Assembly (NCBI RefSeq): GCF_032080165.1
Contig: NZ_DAMASY010000001.1
Span: 496,247-541,084 of the forward strand
Direction of reading: 5' to 3'
DNA from: Sedimentibacter sp.
Lineage (GTDB): Bacteria > Bacillota > Clostridia > Tissierellales > Sedimentibacteraceae
Length of the DNA stretch: 44,838 nucleotides
Position numbers and translations under genes: made by a program
Shown here: piece after piece, positions 9,925-18,373 of the stretch
Layout of the letters: each line of letters opens with the position of its first letter
Numbering within the stretch: the first letter of the stretch is position 1
The notes under the pieces: model-generated
Told to the model about the DNA's origin: nothing
Database searches by the model: none
Seen by the model: the letters and a program-made list of their open reading frames with translations, nothing else

Positions 9925-10266
9925 ATGAAGATAAACAAGAAAATAGCACTAACAATGTGCATGGTGCTGATTGGTATATTGATGTTCAGCACTACAACAT
10001 TAGCTTCAGGTACAGGAGATGTTGCAGGGGCAATTGAAGATACTTGGAGTGATGCATCAGAACAGATAAAAACGGTTGTAAATAAGGTTGTGTTCCCTGC
10101 AATTGACCTTGTTTTAGCAGTATTCTTCTTTGCAAAACTAGGTACTGCTTATTTTGATTATAGGAAGCATGGACAATTTGAATGGGCGGCACCAGCTATT
10201 CTGTTTGCATGTTTGGTGTTTACACTAACAGCCCCAGCATATATATGGACGATACTTGGAATGTAG
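9925..10266 (+). CDS. small membrane protein, VirB2/TrbC-pilin-like topology (signal peptide + two TM helices)
   Basis: GGTGG RBS 5 nt before ATG 9925. Signal peptide ending in LASG, then two hydrophobic helices (FPAIDLVLAVFFFA and AAPAILFACLVFTLTAPAYIW). Fold-level guess only. Confidence 0.4.
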   Translation: MKINKKIALTMCMVLIGILMFSTTTLASGTGDVAGAIEDTWSDASEQIKTVVNKVVFPAIDLVLAVFFFAKLGTAYFDYRKHGQFEWAAPAILFACLVFTLTAPAYIWTILGM

Positions 10267-10471
10267 TAAATATAATAATTATATCAGATTGTCTTGATAT
10301 AGATAATTTGATATAATTATTTAAACTGAAAACTGGATGCCAGACGATCTAAAGATACTATATTTGCATGAAATAATCTTTAAATATCTAATAGATAATT
10401 AAGGTTATTGAGAATGATGCATGGAAATAGAATAACTACAGTGATAATTTTTAATAAAAAGAGGTGATTCA

Positions 10472-11749
10472 ATGATATATGTATGTATTGATACAAATGT
10501 ATATATTAACTTACTCACAGAAGTGATGGATACCGATGATACAGGGCAAAATGACGCACCTACTCAATTGGATGACTTGAATCTTCTATGTAAGGAAGGT
10601 GTTGTTACTGTATTAATACCGGAAGTTGTGAAACTAGAACTCCAAAAAGCTAACAATAAATTTGAAGTGGATTGTAAAAGAGAGTATTCTAAATTAATTG
10701 ATTACATAGATAAATACTCTACAAATTTATGGAGTGAAATTCGTGGTGTAGGAAAGAAAATTATAACTCTAATTGAAGATGAACAAGACAAGAAAATTCA
10801 TTATTGGATCAATGAGTATAGTAAGTTAATGACATTTTTTGCAAAGGATTATATACAACATATAGAATTAACCCCTGATATAATTTGCGAAGGTTATAAA
10901 AAGAAAATTGCTGGATTAATTACTGATAGCCAAATAAATGATGCATTAATAATAGAAAGTATTCATTGTTATTTTAAGCAACAAATATGGAATGATAATG
11001 ATCTGTTATTCTTTATTACTGGTGATAAAAAAGATTTCTTTGCTAAGGGAGAAGTAGCAGGTTTTAATATTTTAAAAAATAAATTTAAAATTCCTAATTC
11101 TAAATTATATGGATTGTATAATTTGAAGCAACTTTATAAATATATTAACGCTAATTTTGATGTTGGACTTCCAAAGGAAGAAATAGAAACGAAATGGAGT
11201 GAATTTGAAAAAAGATATCCAGAGTGGGATTTTGAAGATGATGAAGTTAGAGAAGAATATTGTAATATTGAAAAAGATATTAATTTAATGATTAATAAAT
11301 TATTTGAAAGTAAACTTCAAGATTTGCCTAAAGATATAATAGATATAAGGAAAAGAGTATTGAATGAAATAGAAACTATATTATTAAAATGTAGGAATAT
11401 GGTGTCATGGGATAATAGAAGTGAATTAAAGTTATATCAATGGTTAAATAGTAGGTCTGAAATAAATCTTTATTCTTCAAAATTAAGTGATTTGTTTTTG
11501 ATTCGAGATAATTTGCAAGAATACTTAAAGGTGCATGAAAAAATGGATGAAGAAATATTAGAAGGTCATAATTGGAAAAAATGCTGTAAATGTAATAAAA
11601 CATTTGTTTATCAAGTAAATGACATGAATGTACAAGGAGGCAAGGATAGAGAAGATATAATCTGCCCATATTGTAATGCAACAAATGGTTCAATTATTAC
11701 TGATGGTTTTATAAATACTTATAAAGCAGAAGAAATACTACAGATATAG
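10472..11749 (+). CDS. PIN-domain (N-terminal) protein with C-terminal CxxC...CxxC zinc ribbon; putative nuclease of unknown role
   Basis: PIN-like motifs: IYVCIDTNVYINLL (first Asp), LIPEVVKLEL (Glu), LLFFITGDKKDFF (TGD Asp). C-terminal zinc ribbon: CCKCNKTF...ICPYCNATNG. The gene is much more AT-rich than its neighbours. GAGGTG RBS. Confidence 0.55.
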   Translation: MIYVCIDTNVYINLLTEVMDTDDTGQNDAPTQLDDLNLLCKEGVVTVLIPEVVKLELQKANNKFEVDCKREYSKLIDYIDKYSTNLWSEIRGVGKKIITLIEDEQDKKIHYWINEYSKLMTFFAKDYIQHIELTPDIICEGYKKKIAGLITDSQINDALIIESIHCYFKQQIWNDNDLLFFITGDKKDFFAKGEVAGFNILKNKFKIPNSKLYGLYNLKQLYKYINANFDVGLPKEEIETKWSEFEKRYPEWDFEDDEVREEYCNIEKDINLMINKLFESKLQDLPKDIIDIRKRVLNEIETILLKCRNMVSWDNRSELKLYQWLNSRSEINLYSSKLSDLFLIRDNLQEYLKVHEKMDEEILEGHNWKKCCKCNKTFVYQVNDMNVQGGKDREDIICPYCNATNGSIITDGFINTYKAEEILQI

Positions 11750-11821
11750 TAAGTTGGAATTTTGGGAGTTGATTTTATATAAGAAAAATTAATTTTCAAC
11801 TTGTTAAGGTTAATTATCCTG

Positions 11822-11851
11822 GCACATCACATAAAATGGTGTGCTTTTTTT
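11822..11851 (+). terminator. rho-independent terminator (gcacatc...ggtgtgc + TTTTTTT)
   Basis: A 7-bp stem (with one G-U pair) followed by a 7-T run, directly after the PIN gene. Confidence 0.55.
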
Positions 11852-11874
11852 ATTGGAAGGGAGGCGATAGTTAA

Positions 11875-12777
11875 ATGTTTATCTGGGATTTTCTCTTAGG
11901 GGATGTAATGGATCAAATCATTGATTGGTTTTATGGTCAGCTTGTAGGTTTTCTTGCTGATTTCTTTGCCCAGATGGGAGATATGGGAGTGGAACTTTTT
12001 GAGATGAGTTGGGTTCAATCAATTGTTCTGTTCTTCTCCTATCTTGCATGGTCACTCTATGGAACAGGACTTGTAGTGTCCTGCTTTGAAACAGGAATTG
12101 AGTATCAATATGGTAGGGGCAACATGAAAGATGCTGCTTTAAATGCAATTAAAGGATTTATGGCAGTCAGTCTTTTTACTACAGTGCCTATAGAACTATA
12201 TAAGTTCTCGGTCAATTTACAAGCAAGTTTAACTGCTGGTATCACAGGGTACGGGAGTGGAATTGGTGTACTTGCAACATCTATTATTGGAGAGTTAAAT
12301 AATGTAGGTGATATTACAAACATAGGTGGTTCAGGTATATTCGGTGGCATTTCTATGATAACGAGTCCATTTATGGCTCTGTTTATTATTGTCCTAATGG
12401 GTTATGCAGTAATTAAAGTATTTTTTGCAAACCTAAAAAGAGGTGGGATTCTACTTATACAGATAGCAGTTGGAAGCCTATATATGTTTTCTGTCCCTCG
12501 TGGTTACATTGATGGCTTTATTCAATGGTGCAAGCAGATAATCGGATTGTGCCTTACTACATTTCTTCAGGCGACTATACTAACTGCAGGACTTATGGTA
12601 GTAAAAGATCATGCACTGCTCGGATTGGGATTAATGTTATCAGCAGGAGAAGTACCAAGGATTGCTGGTGCATTTGGACTGGATACATCAACTCGTGCAA
12701 ATGTAATGAGTGCAGTTTATACAGCACAGGCAGCTGTGAACACAACCAAAACTATAGTACAAGCAGTACCAAAATAA
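11875..12777 (+). CDS. polytopic membrane protein, possible VirB6/TrbL-like T4SS channel component
   Basis: GGAGG RBS. Multiple TM helices with Gly-rich loops. Position in the T4SS module fits VirB6, but the protein is short for VirB6. Confidence 0.45.
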   Translation: MFIWDFLLGDVMDQIIDWFYGQLVGFLADFFAQMGDMGVELFEMSWVQSIVLFFSYLAWSLYGTGLVVSCFETGIEYQYGRGNMKDAALNAIKGFMAVSLFTTVPIELYKFSVNLQASLTAGITGYGSGIGVLATSIIGELNNVGDITNIGGSGIFGGISMITSPFMALFIIVLMGYAVIKVFFANLKRGGILLIQIAVGSLYMFSVPRGYIDGFIQWCKQIIGLCLTTFLQATILTAGLMVVKDHALLGLGLMLSAGEVPRIAGAFGLDTSTRANVMSAVYTAQAAVNTTKTIVQAVPK

Positions 12778-12797
12778 AAATAGAAAGAGAGGATTTA

Positions 12798-13154
12798 ATG
12801 AAACTAATATATGTTGCATCTCCCTATAAAGGAGATATAAAAAAGAATATAGAATATGCGAAACAGGCTTGCCGATATGTATTAAACAAAGGCAATGCCT
12901 TTTTTTGTCCCCATCTTCTCTACCCCCAGATTTTAGATGATAATAATCCAGAAGAAAGAAAATTGGGAATCAACATAGGAAAAGAGTTTTTATCAAAATG
13001 CGATGAGCTATGGGTATTTGGTGAACATATTTCTCAAGGAATGTTTGAAGAAATTGAATTTGCTAGAGGGATAGGCATTCCTATAGAAAGAATTATGAAA
13101 CTAGATTTTGAAATAAAAGAAGAGGCTCCAATTTGTATGAGGATGGATAGTTGA
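12798..13154 (+). CDS. DUF4406/DUF1937-like (nucleoside 2-deoxyribosyltransferase-like fold) protein
   Basis: AGAGAGG RBS. N-terminus MKLIYVASPYKGD...N...A......G.....PH matches the small ICE/phage-associated DUF4406-type family. Translationally coupled to the methyltransferase. Confidence 0.5.
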   Translation: MKLIYVASPYKGDIKKNIEYAKQACRYVLNKGNAFFCPHLLYPQILDDNNPEERKLGINIGKEFLSKCDELWVFGEHISQGMFEEIEFARGIGIPIERIMKLDFEIKEEAPICMRMDS

Positions 13155-13813
13155 TTACTTTGGGGAGTCTTTTCGATGGGATTGGAGGATTTCCCCTTGC
13201 TGCTGTTCATAATGGAATTACTCCTATATGGGCAAGCGAAATTGAATCCTTTCCCATTGAGGTGACTAAAATACGATTCCCTGATATGCTCCATGTTGGT
13301 GATATTACAAAATTAAAAGGAGAAGATCTACCCCCTGTTGATATCATTACAGGTGGTTCACCATGCCAAGATTTATCTGTTGCAGGTGCAAGGGCAGGGT
13401 TTGCTGGTGAACGTTCAGGATTATTTATGGAGCAGATAAGAATAACAAAAGAAATGAGGTGGGCAGATGCAAGAAGAGGAAAGGCAAATCACCTTATCCG
13501 ACCTCGATACTTCGTTTGGGAAAATGTCCCTGGAGCATTCTCAAGTACAAACGGAGAAGACTTCAATGCGGTCCTTGAAGAAACCACAAGAATTGCAGAC
13601 AGCAGCGTATCTATACCTAGACCTCCGGGAGGGATATGGAAATCTGTTGGGTGCATATTGGGATATGAATTCACCATTGCTTGGAGAGTTCTTGATGCTC
13701 AATACTGGGGTGTCCCCCAAAGACGTAAAAGAATCTTTCTTGTCGCAGATTTTGGAGGACACACCGCACCCAAAATATTATTTGAGCAAGACAGCTTGTT
13801 TGGGAATACTTAG
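13151..13813 (+). CDS. DNA (cytosine-5)-methyltransferase, N-terminal catalytic part (motifs I-VIII) ending in a premature stop
   Basis: Motif I LFDGIGGF, motif IV GGSPCQDLS, motif VI ENV, motif VIII QRRKRIF. TTG start overlaps the upstream stop. The frame terminates at TAG 13811-13813. Confidence 0.65.
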   Translation: MITLGSLFDGIGGFPLAAVHNGITPIWASEIESFPIEVTKIRFPDMLHVGDITKLKGEDLPPVDIITGGSPCQDLSVAGARAGFAGERSGLFMEQIRITKEMRWADARRGKANHLIRPRYFVWENVPGAFSSTNGEDFNAVLEETTRIADSSVSIPRPPGGIWKSVGCILGYEFTIAWRVLDAQYWGVPQRRKRIFLVADFGGHTAPKILFEQDSLFGNT

Positions 13814-14888
13814 AAGAGCTAGAGCAAGAGGAAAGGAACTGCCTAAACAATTAAAAATTGCTTTAGAAATTCAAGGAGAAGCTGAAGGGGCGGAGGAAAA
13901 TTCTAATGACAATATGGTTACCGAATATAAAGCATATCATATTAATCAACGCAATGAGGGTATAGACCTAAATGGAATCTCAGGAGCCTTGATGGCAACT
14001 CAAAATAGGCAGATGCAGACATTTGTCACAGAACCTATGCTATGTCTGAATGATCAGGGTGGTGAACGAATGGATATAACAGAGAATATTACTTCAACAC
14101 TTCGAGCCAGTATGGGAGGAAATCAACCTATAGTCATGGCAACTCAGCAAGGTGGTGCAGAAATATGCGTTGACCTTTGTCCTACTATTACTTCAGCAGC
14201 AGGAACAAGCGGCAACAACCAACCTGTTCTATTTGATAATCATGCAAAAGACTGTAGATATAATGGTCCACTAAATGTAGCACCAACCATATCGGCCACC
14301 TATGGAACAGGAGGAAATAATGAACCATTAGTATCAAAATCAATTGATTCAGACAGTTATTGTATTGCGGGAAATACGATTGATAGACAAGATCATAACG
14401 GTGGAAATGGATGTGGATTTCAAGAGAATATCAGTTATACTCTTACTACCAGCGATATTCATGCTGTTTGCTATCCGTCTAAAACTTATCAAGATACAGT
14501 AGGAGCAATATGTGTGGGAGATGAAAAAGGCAATGGTAACCAATATGTTAGTCAAGACAAATGCATTGTAGACTGTGAAAAAATGACGTTTGGACAATCA
14601 GAATTTGGTAATTACAAAGAAGGTTGTGCAACACTCCGAGCAGAGGGTGGAGATAATGGAGGAGGAAGTGAAAACCTTGTAACTACTAAGAATCTTGTAC
14701 GCAGACTAACACCACTTGAATGTGAAAGACTTCAAGGCTTTCCAGATGGGTGGACTATAATAGAAAAGTCATCCGATAGTGCAAGATATAAGGCATTAGG
14801 TAATAGTGTAGCAATCCCATGTGTAGATTTTATTATGCAGGGGATTGCTTGTTTTTTAAGAAAATTTAAGGAAGAAACGGAGGAATAA
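13467..14888 (+). CDS. DNA (cytosine-5)-methyltransferase, C-terminal part (target-recognition region + motifs IX/X), in the +1 frame relative to 13151..13813
   Basis: Motif IX RRLTPLECERLQGFPDGWT and motif X ALGNSVAIPCV. The first ~90 codons of this ORF overlap the N-terminal ORF and are probably not genuine. Meaningful sequence begins near 13743 (SQILEDTPHPKYYLSKTACLGILRRARARGKELP). Confidence 0.6.
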   Translation: MQEEERQITLSDLDTSFGKMSLEHSQVQTEKTSMRSLKKPQELQTAAYLYLDLREGYGNLLGAYWDMNSPLLGEFLMLNTGVSPKDVKESFLSQILEDTPHPKYYLSKTACLGILRRARARGKELPKQLKIALEIQGEAEGAEENSNDNMVTEYKAYHINQRNEGIDLNGISGALMATQNRQMQTFVTEPMLCLNDQGGERMDITENITSTLRASMGGNQPIVMATQQGGAEICVDLCPTITSAAGTSGNNQPVLFDNHAKDCRYNGPLNVAPTISATYGTGGNNEPLVSKSIDSDSYCIAGNTIDRQDHNGGNGCGFQENISYTLTTSDIHAVCYPSKTYQDTVGAICVGDEKGNGNQYVSQDKCIVDCEKMTFGQSEFGNYKEGCATLRAEGGDNGGGSENLVTTKNLVRRLTPLECERLQGFPDGWTIIEKSSDSARYKALGNSVAIPCVDFIMQGIACFLRKFKEETEE

Positions 14889-14890
14889 CA

Positions 14891-15148
14891 GTGTATATGT
14901 ATCCTGATAATTTAAAGGCCAAAGCAACATTATGGCTATGGGAATTAAAAGATATAGGAATTATTGGAATCGGTCTTCTTATTTCTGTATTTTCCTTAGC
15001 ACAGCTTGGATTTATGCCACCTATTGTAATAACAGCAGTATATAGCTTTTTAACTATACAATTTGAAGACACAAGCATACTGAATTTCATTCGTTATGCC
15101 TGTGTCTTTTTTCTTTTAAAGCAACAGGTATTTGAATGGAGGTTATAA
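14891..15148 (+). CDS. PrgI/VirB3-like small T4SS membrane protein
   Basis: 85 aa. Pattern PDNLKAKATLWLWELKDIGIIGIGLLISV... with two hydrophobic segments, as in PrgI-family proteins. Lies immediately upstream of VirB4. Confidence 0.5.
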   Translation: MYMYPDNLKAKATLWLWELKDIGIIGIGLLISVFSLAQLGFMPPIVITAVYSFLTIQFEDTSILNFIRYACVFFLLKQQVFEWRL

Positions 15149-15741
15149 AATTGGGAAGAAAACAGAAACAGAAAGAAAGACAAAAGCAATCTACTAGAGA
15201 ACTGATTGGTATTGATGAAATCACAGATTATAGTCTAAAGACTCCATATGGAGAGCTAGTGTATTTTATTATTCATCCAACCAATATATCTGTATTGTCT
15301 GAATCAAGTGTAAGTGCAAGGATCTATGCGCTTATGACAGTACTTAAGGGGATTGCTGAAATTGAAATGCTTTGCCTTAATTCAAAAGAAAACTTTGATG
15401 ATAACAAGCAGTATTTAAAAAGAAGAATGGATACAGAGCAAAATCCTGTTATTCGGCAACTACTACAGCAAGACAGTACCAATCTTGATAGGATGCAAGT
15501 TCAGATGGCTACAGCTCGTGAGTTTCTAATTATTATTAGGCTTAAGAATGAAAAAGAATCAGATGTATTTCCTTATCTTTCAAGGATTGAAAAGAGCTTA
15601 AAAGACCAAGGATTTACTACTAGAAGAGCTGATAATTTGGATATAAAAAGACTTCTTGGTGTTTATTATGAGCAGAATGTAACTACGGAAAGATATGAAG
15701 ATTATGATGGAGAGAGGTGGGTGGTATTTGGGGATGTGTAA
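15136..15741 (+). CDS. VirB4-like conjugal ATPase, N-terminal 201-aa fragment (gene interrupted)
   Basis: N-terminus KQKERQKQSTRELIGIDEITDYSLKTPYGELVYFIIHPTNISVL has the layout of Firmicutes VirB4/TcpF/Orf16-type N-terminal domains. No Walker motifs are present. It ends at a stop where the family normally continues. Confidence 0.65.
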   Translation: MEVIKLGRKQKQKERQKQSTRELIGIDEITDYSLKTPYGELVYFIIHPTNISVLSESSVSARIYALMTVLKGIAEIEMLCLNSKENFDDNKQYLKRRMDTEQNPVIRQLLQQDSTNLDRMQVQMATAREFLIIIRLKNEKESDVFPYLSRIEKSLKDQGFTTRRADNLDIKRLLGVYYEQNVTTERYEDYDGERWVVFGDV

Positions 15742-16003
15742 ATGTTAATAATCTGTAAGTTTATTTGACCTTAGATGGCAGTCGGTGATAGAGTTGCTTA
15801 GTTTGCTCCTTTTGCTCCATTTACTGGTCATAATGCTGCAATAAAAGAAACAGCAAAATTGAGTGATAAGAGATAACACTACAGATTTAGTGAGTAGATG
15901 TACGTAATCAGAAATTCATTTTATAATTCAGTATTTAAAAACTATATCTTAGCATGATGCGTCAAGAACTTGAGATTATTATCCTTGATTTTGCTAAATA
16001 ACA

Positions 16004-16032
16004 TTGACATCATGACATTTAATGATTATAAT
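16004..16032 (+). promoter_or_regulatory. consensus sigma-A promoter (TTGACA - 17 nt - TATAAT)
   Basis: TTGACA at 16004-16009 and TATAAT at 16027-16032 with an exact 17-nt spacer, about 35 nt upstream of the XRE-family gene. Confidence 0.6.
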
Positions 16033-16063
16033 AAAAGGGAAAAATATAATTTGAATACAAGGG

Positions 16064-16285
16064 GTGTATGTCGTGAAGATAAGCTACAAGAAATTATGGA
16101 TAATGCTCATTGAAAAAGACATCTCACCTGCCACACTCAGAAAGGATTTGAATATTGCTTCTGGAACGATGACGAAGCTTCGTCGAAATGAGGAAGTAGC
16201 TCTTTCTGTCCTTTTACGTATATGCGAGTATTTAGACTGTAATATAGGCGATATTTGTGATGCTGTACGAACAGACATTGGTTAA
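16064..16285 (+). CDS. XRE/Cro-C1 family helix-turn-helix transcriptional regulator
   Basis: HTH signature ISPATLRKDLNIASGTMTKLRRNEE. The start is GTG 16064, or more likely GTG 16073 after AAGGGG. Confidence 0.7.
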   Translation: MYVVKISYKKLWIMLIEKDISPATLRKDLNIASGTMTKLRRNEEVALSVLLRICEYLDCNIGDICDAVRTDIG

Positions 16286-16349
16286 GTTAGTACTTTTGTG
16301 CTGAGAGAAGGGAACGATATGGACTTCAAAAATCAAAAAAGATGACATA

Positions 16350-16715
16350 TTGGAGTTTTTGAAGTTGGGAAGCGGGTTTTTAGGTGATTTAGCTTTTGAA
16401 ATTTATGGTGATAGTCTTAATCAAGTTGGAGAGATAGCATTTTCTGATGCGATTGAAATTGGAATCGAAAATACCATTGATTCTCTTTACGAGGCAAATG
16501 TTGATGACAAGGAAATTCTACGTATATTCAGTGAGCAGTGGAGAATTAGAATGGAGGATGTTGAGGATTGCCTTGTTTGGGAAAAGAGGAAATCAGCTAT
16601 CCGATCATTGAAACAATATTTGAAACTACAAGGATTCACCAAGGGCGAAATCGATCAGTTTATAAAAACTAACCGTGCAATATTTAAGATAGGACATAAT
16701 AAAGAACTGTGGTAG
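16350..16715 (+). CDS. hypothetical acidic cytoplasmic protein (121 aa)
   Basis: ORF with TTG start and no recognisable motif. Co-oriented between the regulator and the zinc-ribbon genes. Confidence 0.35.
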   Translation: MEFLKLGSGFLGDLAFEIYGDSLNQVGEIAFSDAIEIGIENTIDSLYEANVDDKEILRIFSEQWRIRMEDVEDCLVWEKRKSAIRSLKQYLKLQGFTKGEIDQFIKTNRAIFKIGHNKELW

Positions 16716-16785
16716 CTAAGAAGAAATCCTCAAAAGCTAATGAAAGCTGTCCAAGAAAAATAAACTATGTTGGAGGAATGGGATA

Positions 16786-17247
16786 ATGTCATTTTGCACA
16801 AATTGTGGCAGGGAATTGAGCGAGGAATTTGAGTTTTGCCCAGAGTGTGGTACATGTACTTCTCGCATAGAACAAGATAATCCGTTTTCTTGTTTTAATA
16901 ACCAGTCGGTTCATAAACAGTGCCCCAGTTGCGGCGAGTTAATGTCTGAAGATATGTTTTATTGTTTAGGGTGTGGATATCATTTCAAGAATATAGCTAC
17001 TAAAGGATCAAGTGAGGATCTCAACGTAGTCGTTTATAGAGCAAAGACGATGAATGGCACTTGGAAAAATAAATGGGTGTCGTTGTTGCTATGTATTTTC
17101 TTGGGGTGGTTAGGGGCACATAAATTCTATGAAGGAAAATTGATTATAGGACTAATATACCTATTCACTTTAGGGTTATTTGGAATAGGTTGGCTTGTCG
17201 ATATTATTCGGTTATCTTTTAAGCCTAATCCATATCAAGTTAAATAG
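16786..17247 (+). CDS. zinc-ribbon + TM2-domain membrane protein
   Basis: AGGAATGGG RBS. Two CxxC pairs: CTNCG...CPECG and CPSCG...CLGCG. C-terminal TM2-domain signature LLLCIFLGWLGAHKFYEGKLIIGLIYLFTLGLFGIGWLVDII. Confidence 0.7.
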   Translation: MSFCTNCGRELSEEFEFCPECGTCTSRIEQDNPFSCFNNQSVHKQCPSCGELMSEDMFYCLGCGYHFKNIATKGSSEDLNVVVYRAKTMNGTWKNKWVSLLLCIFLGWLGAHKFYEGKLIIGLIYLFTLGLFGIGWLVDIIRLSFKPNPYQVK

Positions 17248-17260
17248 TGGAGGTGTTATT

Positions 17261-18202
17261 GTGATATTTTGTAATAATTGCGGAGAGAAAGTAATTGACG
17301 GTGCTAAATTCTGCCAAAAATGCGGTGTTCCTACTCATGAGACATCTTCTAATCACGAAAGTCAACGGCAGCAAGAATACGCTGGAAAAAGTTATAAATG
17401 TCCAAACTGCGGTGAAATCTTAAAGTCGTTTGTGACCAATTGTCCGTCCTGTGGATTTGAATTGCGAGGTACGAAAACCACCAGTGCCGTTAGGGAATTT
17501 GCAGTTAAACTGGAGGCGATAGAGGCTCACAGAGAACATACGAAACCAGCAGGGATGTTTAATTATAGGCATCTACTGGAGATTTCAAAAACAGACCAGC
17601 AAAAAATAAATCTCATCCAGAATTTTTCTTTTCCAAATACTAAAGAGGATATGCTGGAATTTATGATTCTCGCGACTTCTAATATATATACATCCACATT
17701 AATAGGAGATGGTAAGGTAACTGAGAAAGCTATATCGAAGGCGTGGGACTCCAAAATAAAACAAGTGTACGCAAAAGCAAAAAATACATACATCGACGAT
17801 CCTGATTTCTCAAAAATACAGGATTTGTATAACTCGTATCATATTGACGCAAAGAAACATAAAAAGAAAAATATCATATACTTGATTGGATTTATTGGAC
17901 TTATTTTACTATTTATTTTTGGGCCCTTTATCTTAATAGCTAACGACCAAAAAAATGATTACAAGAAGGAAGAAACAAGATTAGAGTCTATTGTTATTGA
18001 AATCGATGACGCATTGGGAAAAGGCGAATACAAACGTGCATTGATGAATGCTGAATTGATGGAATATAATGGCTATAATAAGGAACGTGATAGTTACTGG
18101 GATGTTCGCCAGAGATATCTAATCGAGGAAATCCTACATGAAGCAGAGAAACACGGTGTTGAACTGTATTATACTCCACCCGCGGAAGAAGCAGAAGAAT
18201 AG
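17261..18202 (+). CDS. double zinc-ribbon protein with a central TM helix (YdjG/YdjH-like)
   Basis: GTG start after GGAGGTG. CNNCGEK...CQKCG and CPNCGE...CPSCG. TM helix IIYLIGFIGLILLFIFGPFILIA, then a coiled, acidic C-terminus. Confidence 0.6.
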   Translation: MIFCNNCGEKVIDGAKFCQKCGVPTHETSSNHESQRQQEYAGKSYKCPNCGEILKSFVTNCPSCGFELRGTKTTSAVREFAVKLEAIEAHREHTKPAGMFNYRHLLEISKTDQQKINLIQNFSFPNTKEDMLEFMILATSNIYTSTLIGDGKVTEKAISKAWDSKIKQVYAKAKNTYIDDPDFSKIQDLYNSYHIDAKKHKKKNIIYLIGFIGLILLFIFGPFILIANDQKNDYKKEETRLESIVIEIDDALGKGEYKRALMNAELMEYNGYNKERDSYWDVRQRYLIEEILHEAEKHGVELYYTPPAEEAEE

Positions 18203-18373
18203 TATGATTCGTCATCTAATGCAGGGATAGTAGTGGGGTTTGTTATAGGCTTAAGGATGGTATGCAACCCAAGTTGGATACTATCAAAGAAAGTATAAAT
18301 AAATGTGATTGTACCACAAACGGAGAAGAATCAGGGTATTATCTAAAGATAATGTGGTGAAAGGAGATTAAAT

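Noticed and set aside
12525-12797. Upstream extension of ORF 12525..13154
   Set aside because: Overlaps the 3' end of the membrane protein gene 11875..12777. An ATG at 12798 with an AGAGAGG RBS gives a 118-aa DUF4406-like protein, which is the plausible gene.
13467-13742. N-terminal ~90 codons of ORF 13467..14888 (MQEEERQITLSDLD...)
   Set aside because: This stretch overlaps, in another frame, the clearly conserved motif VI-VIII region of the methyltransferase N-terminal ORF. Only the part from about 13743 onward looks like genuine methyltransferase sequence.
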